From Bugula neritina (taxonomy: Eukaryota > Animalia > Bryozoa), in NCBI GenBank assembly GCA_964035545.1, contig OZ037772.1, positions 5,646,233-5,710,232 on the forward strand: a stretch of 64,000 bases of DNA, in the 5' to 3' direction. Each line of letters begins with the position of its first letter. Position 1 is the stretch's first letter. The notes below the pieces were generated by a model, which was not told the DNA's origin, searched no databases, and was given only the letters and a program-made list of their open reading frames with translations. Below are positions 59,822 to 64,000 of this stretch, piece after piece. The translations under genes were made by a program, and so were the position numbers.

Positions 59822-62800
59822 CACAGTTAGTTTAAGGTCATTACATTCCAGATTCAGGCACTGCTTTATGTTATATATAAACGGTTTCCAAAGGATAGCT
59901 CGAACAGTTTTTGTCTCACATTAACAAATTATATTTGAAAATATAGCTCTTTCATTTCTCTTTTATTTACTTTTTTAATTTTTTAAAAAATAATTTTCTG
60001 AAAACGTTGTTGCATGATAAGTAAAATTTTACACCCTCCATGTTCCACTGCTGTAGCACAGAGGATTCGTTTTATGAAATCTAAAATTTAAACTTGACAT
60101 TCCTTGATATGTTTTCTCCAATATACTTTCTTTGTTTTTTCAAAATTCTATTTATGCTCTTCGCATTTTGGTCAAAACATACACAATTTTACAAGTTTCA
60201 TAGCAATTATTTAGATTCTGCATATGGTGGTTCAAGCCACGCTCCTGTGACTAATTATAATGTTCCTAGTACATTTGCCGCTCTGCACGCTATCACAATA
60301 ACATAGTACCCTCTCGCACAAATTGGCAATCTATTGGATTTCTGCCAATATAATGTTCCTTATTTTACAATAGCACTTAGCTGCATCTTCTCACTATGTT
60401 ACAATCTATTAAAAATGCCTCAGCAAAACACATTTCTTCTTTTGTTTGGCAGAGTTAATTTCAGCTAAATCACTTCACCTCACTTTGCAGTCTTGTCAGT
60501 AAGGGTCTGTCTATAGTGTAGCAGGTGTACTTACAGTTTCTCTAATTCATATATGATTGTTTTAACTACATTGCATTCCATAAAATCAAATTAAGGTTTA
60601 ACCCAGTGTTCAGTATCTAATTAGTATGCATGTATGTTGTCCTACTGTCGAATAATGTTTCGAAAGTTGAAGAAATTCTACAGCTATAGCCATATTTATT
60701 ATACATGCGTAGAATTTTCATGAGTTGGAAAAAGAAAATTTCACAGCAAGACACCATGACGCGAGCTAATTTCCAACTGGTGCTCTTAACCTCTGGACCA
60801 CACAGTCATCGTAAATGACTTGTGCACTATACGAGTAACTATTATTACATAAACATTTGGAGTTGCAAATAAGTTATAATTATTAGGCTGCCAATTCATG
60901 TTGACTAGCAGAGGCTAGCTGTTTTCATGAACTGTTGCAAAAGCCTAAGGTTACTAGCAAAGGTAATGGTTTTGAACAAATAACCCAAAAGTTTAAAAAC
61001 AAGTAGCTTGCGTATTACTAGCTACAAAAACAGGTCTGAAATAAACTGGTAAAGCATGCTCTTATTGTAGAGTTTGCAGATGTGCTCCAAAATAAAAAAT
61101 AAACTGTATGTTATTACATAAGTATTTGTATGCAAAAGAGTGATGGACAATACTGAGTTTTTGGAAAACGATATACTTGAAGTAAACTTTGACAATGGTG
61201 TGTTTTTTCTTCACACACTAGCACAGTTAGGGCCTAAAGCATAAATCTCTAATCATATGAATCTTTATGAAGCCCACAGTTTTTGTAAGGGTAGCAATGT
61301 AATTTGAAACTAAAAATTATGTTGCTGCATTGTGTTTAAGTTTTATTATGGAGCAAAATTTAGTTTTGGTAGCCTACCCCAATGGCGTTCTACAATACAG
61401 CTCATATGCTAGCAGTTGTAATAAGTACTGTCAATAGCAAGGTTACTATCACTGCTAGCTCTGTGCAGTATGTAACCTCTTGAATGATTGCCCCGACTTT
61501 AAACTCTTGGAAGTTGGCCAAGTTATCATATCGCAGCCAGCCACCGGAGACAAAACATCATAGCTAATTATATAATATTATACTGATGCACTTGGTAGCA
61601 GAGTGGCTAATCTATCATAGTTCATTATAGTTCAACACCCTTTACTTTGGGAATACAGCTTCTTTTTTTAAGTTTACCTAACAAACCATGAAAATGTCTA
61701 AACTAATATTCCGATAATTTAGAGGTACATTTGTCCAATAACAATAATAAAATATATATAATGCAATATAATAAAAAACACATAATGCTATATAATATAT
61801 TATAATGATAATAATATAATGTTATAGGTACCATTACTGCATTTTATAACTCGGATGGTTGCCAAAAAATGTATCACACTAATTCTGTAATCACATCAAA
61901 GATCATGATAAGAAAATAGAACTCGCTAGGCAGCAAGTTGGAATAGAGTAGATTCCTAAAACATGAAATCATAATTTGACAATTGTTTTATTTAGGCCAA
62001 CCAACATAGGAATACAAGTTTGGGTTTTATCTGACAGTTTATCCCCCTGTTCACACATTGCCGCACCGTACGCCGTAGCAGAACAAACAAAATGGCGTCA
62101 CTGTTGCATTTTGTCAACAGGCAGTCACAGACGTCAAAGTACAATGCATGATGATGAGCTGTGACCAATCATAATAAAGCTAACTCTTGACTGTGGTAAA
62201 TTGTACACCTTTGGATATTATTTACAAATTGTTCGCAACATTCTGATCAAAAGATGTTATATAAATGCTATTGACTAGATAAAAGCAATTACATAAAAAG
62301 AATCTCTCTTTTAAGTATATTCGTTTTTAAAATAATTGTGCAAACTAATTTAAATAATGAATATTTAAGCGGTCCAAATAAGTTTTAAGTTTTTGGTTTG
62401 CGAGCTTTTGTAATTAGGGAAAGCTAGATTTTTAAGCTGAGTTAATTTAAGCAAGCCGGATACAAAATTTTTAACCTTTCAAAACTTTTGAATTTGTTAA
62501 ATTAACTAAAAAAACAAAGAAATTAAAATAAACTAGTGAAGATGTTTTTTCAATTTTAATACCAGATCAACTCTACCCAATGTGAGCCAGCCGTGCTTTT
62601 TTTAATCCAGCACTGATTGATCAACGACGCAGCATATACCAGAGTACGATTCAGCCCGGATGTCACCAAAGATGGCGAATATTTGCTGTTACGGCGTACG
62701 GTGCAGCTATGTGTGAACAGGGGGTATAACAATTAGCTTTTGAGCCAGCAGCACTAGCACTCGTGAAGTATAAGCAAAGTTAGTGAAGCGAGACTAACAA

Positions 62801-63083
62801 GCGCTCAACTACAGTATATTGAGATACAAGTCAGGAGCGTATAACTTAGAAAGAATGTGGAAGGGAGACTGTGTTTTTCAACAAGCTATAACTTAAACAT
62901 GAATTGGCTTTTGAAAAATTAAAAGAGTATATCGGAGAAGGTAAGTATCCTTATCTTTTCATATTTTTTTTATTCCGGTGACATTCAACCTGTTTGAGCT
63001 ATCAGTGGAATATTGTTCATATTGAACGTAAAGCACCTGGCATAGAGCCAGAAACTGAAAAACATGACCTTAAACTAACTTTG
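59822..63083 (+). mobile_element. Longer CACAG-TIR family element (3262 bp), 2-bp TSD TG
   Basis: CACAGTTAGTTTAAGGTCAT ... ATGACCTTAAACTAACTTTG; removal restores the LINE frame VEKS|DRIMSMKL. Confidence 0.85.
62043..62724. mobile_element. Nested MITE (possibly PIF/Harbinger-like)
   Basis: TIRs CCCCCTGTTCACACATTGCCGCACCGTACGCCGTA / TACGGCGTACGGTGCAGCTATGTGTGAACAGGGGG. Confidence 0.8.
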
Positions 63084-63135
63084 TGACTTCTCTACTTCAA
63101 AAACCTTGTTTTGTCATTCTTCTTTCAAGCAAATG

Positions 63136-64000
63136 CACAGTTAGTTTAAAGTCATGTTTTTTTTCAGTTTCTGGTTCTTTGCCAGAATAAATATGGCTAT
63201 AGCTGTAGCATTTCTTCAGATTTTGAAACATTATTCAACAGTAGGACAACATACATGCATACTAATTAGATACTGAACACTGGGCCAAACCTTAAATTGA
63301 TTTTATGGAATACAATGTACTTACAACAATCCTTTGTGAATTAGAGAAACTGAGAGTATACCTGCTGCACTATAGACAGACCTTAACTGACAAGACTGCA
63401 ATGTAAGGTGAGGTGATTTAGCTGAATTTAACTCTGCCAAACAAACAAAGAATTATTTCGTGCGGAGGTATTTTCAATAGATTGTAACAAAGTGAGAAGA
63501 TGCAGCTAAGTGCTATTGTAATATAGGGAACATTACATTAGCAGAAATCCAATGGATTGCCAATTTTCGTAAGAAGGTATTATGTTATTGTGATAGCGTG
63601 AAGAGCGGCAAACATACTGGGAATGTTATAATTAGTCACAGCGTAGCTAGAACCACCATATGCAGAATCTATAGATAATTGCAATACAACTTACATAATG
63701 GTGTATGATCTGACCACATCGTAAAGTGCATGAACAGAATTTAAAAAAACAAAATAAGTATCTTAGAGAAAATATATCAAGGAATGTCAAGTTTGAATTT
63801 TAGACTTCATAAAATGAATCCCCTGTGCTACAGCAGTGAAACATGGAGGTTGTACAATTTTATTTATAATTATTTTTGAAAAATTAAAAAAGTATATGAA
63901 AGAGGAATGCAAGAGCTATATTTTCCTGTATAATTTGTTAATGTGAGACAAAACTAAACCAGCTATCCCCAGGAAACCGTTTATATAGTATAACATAAAG
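63136..64000 (-). mobile_element. Third CACAG-TIR family element, inverted, running off the window
   Basis: Starts CACAGTTAGTTTAAAGTCATG; ~63185-64000 is the reverse complement of ~59865-60700. Confidence 0.85.

Larger units (their letters stand above)
56527..63130 (-). mobile_element. Decayed RTE-clade LINE (APE endonuclease plus RT), interrupted by DNA transposons
   Basis: VEKSDRIMSMKL, GNLNEHVG, NAEGEQIL (APE); KKGDPLDCGNYREITLLSHCLKL, STTELMFCLRILQDKHRE, LFADDL (RT); EMCMLR...RRQMQWYGH (RTE C-terminus). Many frameshifts and stops. Confidence 0.88.

Overview
AT-rich, intron-containing genomic DNA of an invertebrate animal (species not determinable from sequence alone). The window is dominated by a + strand tandem array of 8-coding-exon TRIM-like genes (RING, B-box1, B-box2, coiled coil, C-terminal NHL-like beta-propeller). 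It holds an orphan last exon (copy 0), an intact copy A (7212-12225, 606 aa), copy B with a stop codon after the coiled coil, copy C with propeller frameshifts, and copy D running off the right edge. Between A and B lie the 5' seven exons of PTGES2, joined at a 28-bp splice-donor minisatellite to the 3' four exons of a synaptotagmin-like pseudogene. The array carries many mobile elements: a 5'-truncated Gypsy LTR retrotransposon, two solo LTRs, Penelope-like GIY-YIG fragments with a minimal hammerhead ribozyme, an RTE LINE, several CAC-terminated DNA transposons with 2-bp TSDs, MITEs and tRNA-derived SINEs. The most novel signal is a third gene in the Gypsy element, in the env position. It is a two-exon gene (39965-39989 + 40255-41042) for a zinc-finger, Arg/Ser-Pro-rich, leucine-zipper protein, resembling a regulatory accessory gene of a complex retrovirus. 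Exon coordinates were derived by hand from GT-AG sites, phase continuity and paralog comparison; no database searches were run.
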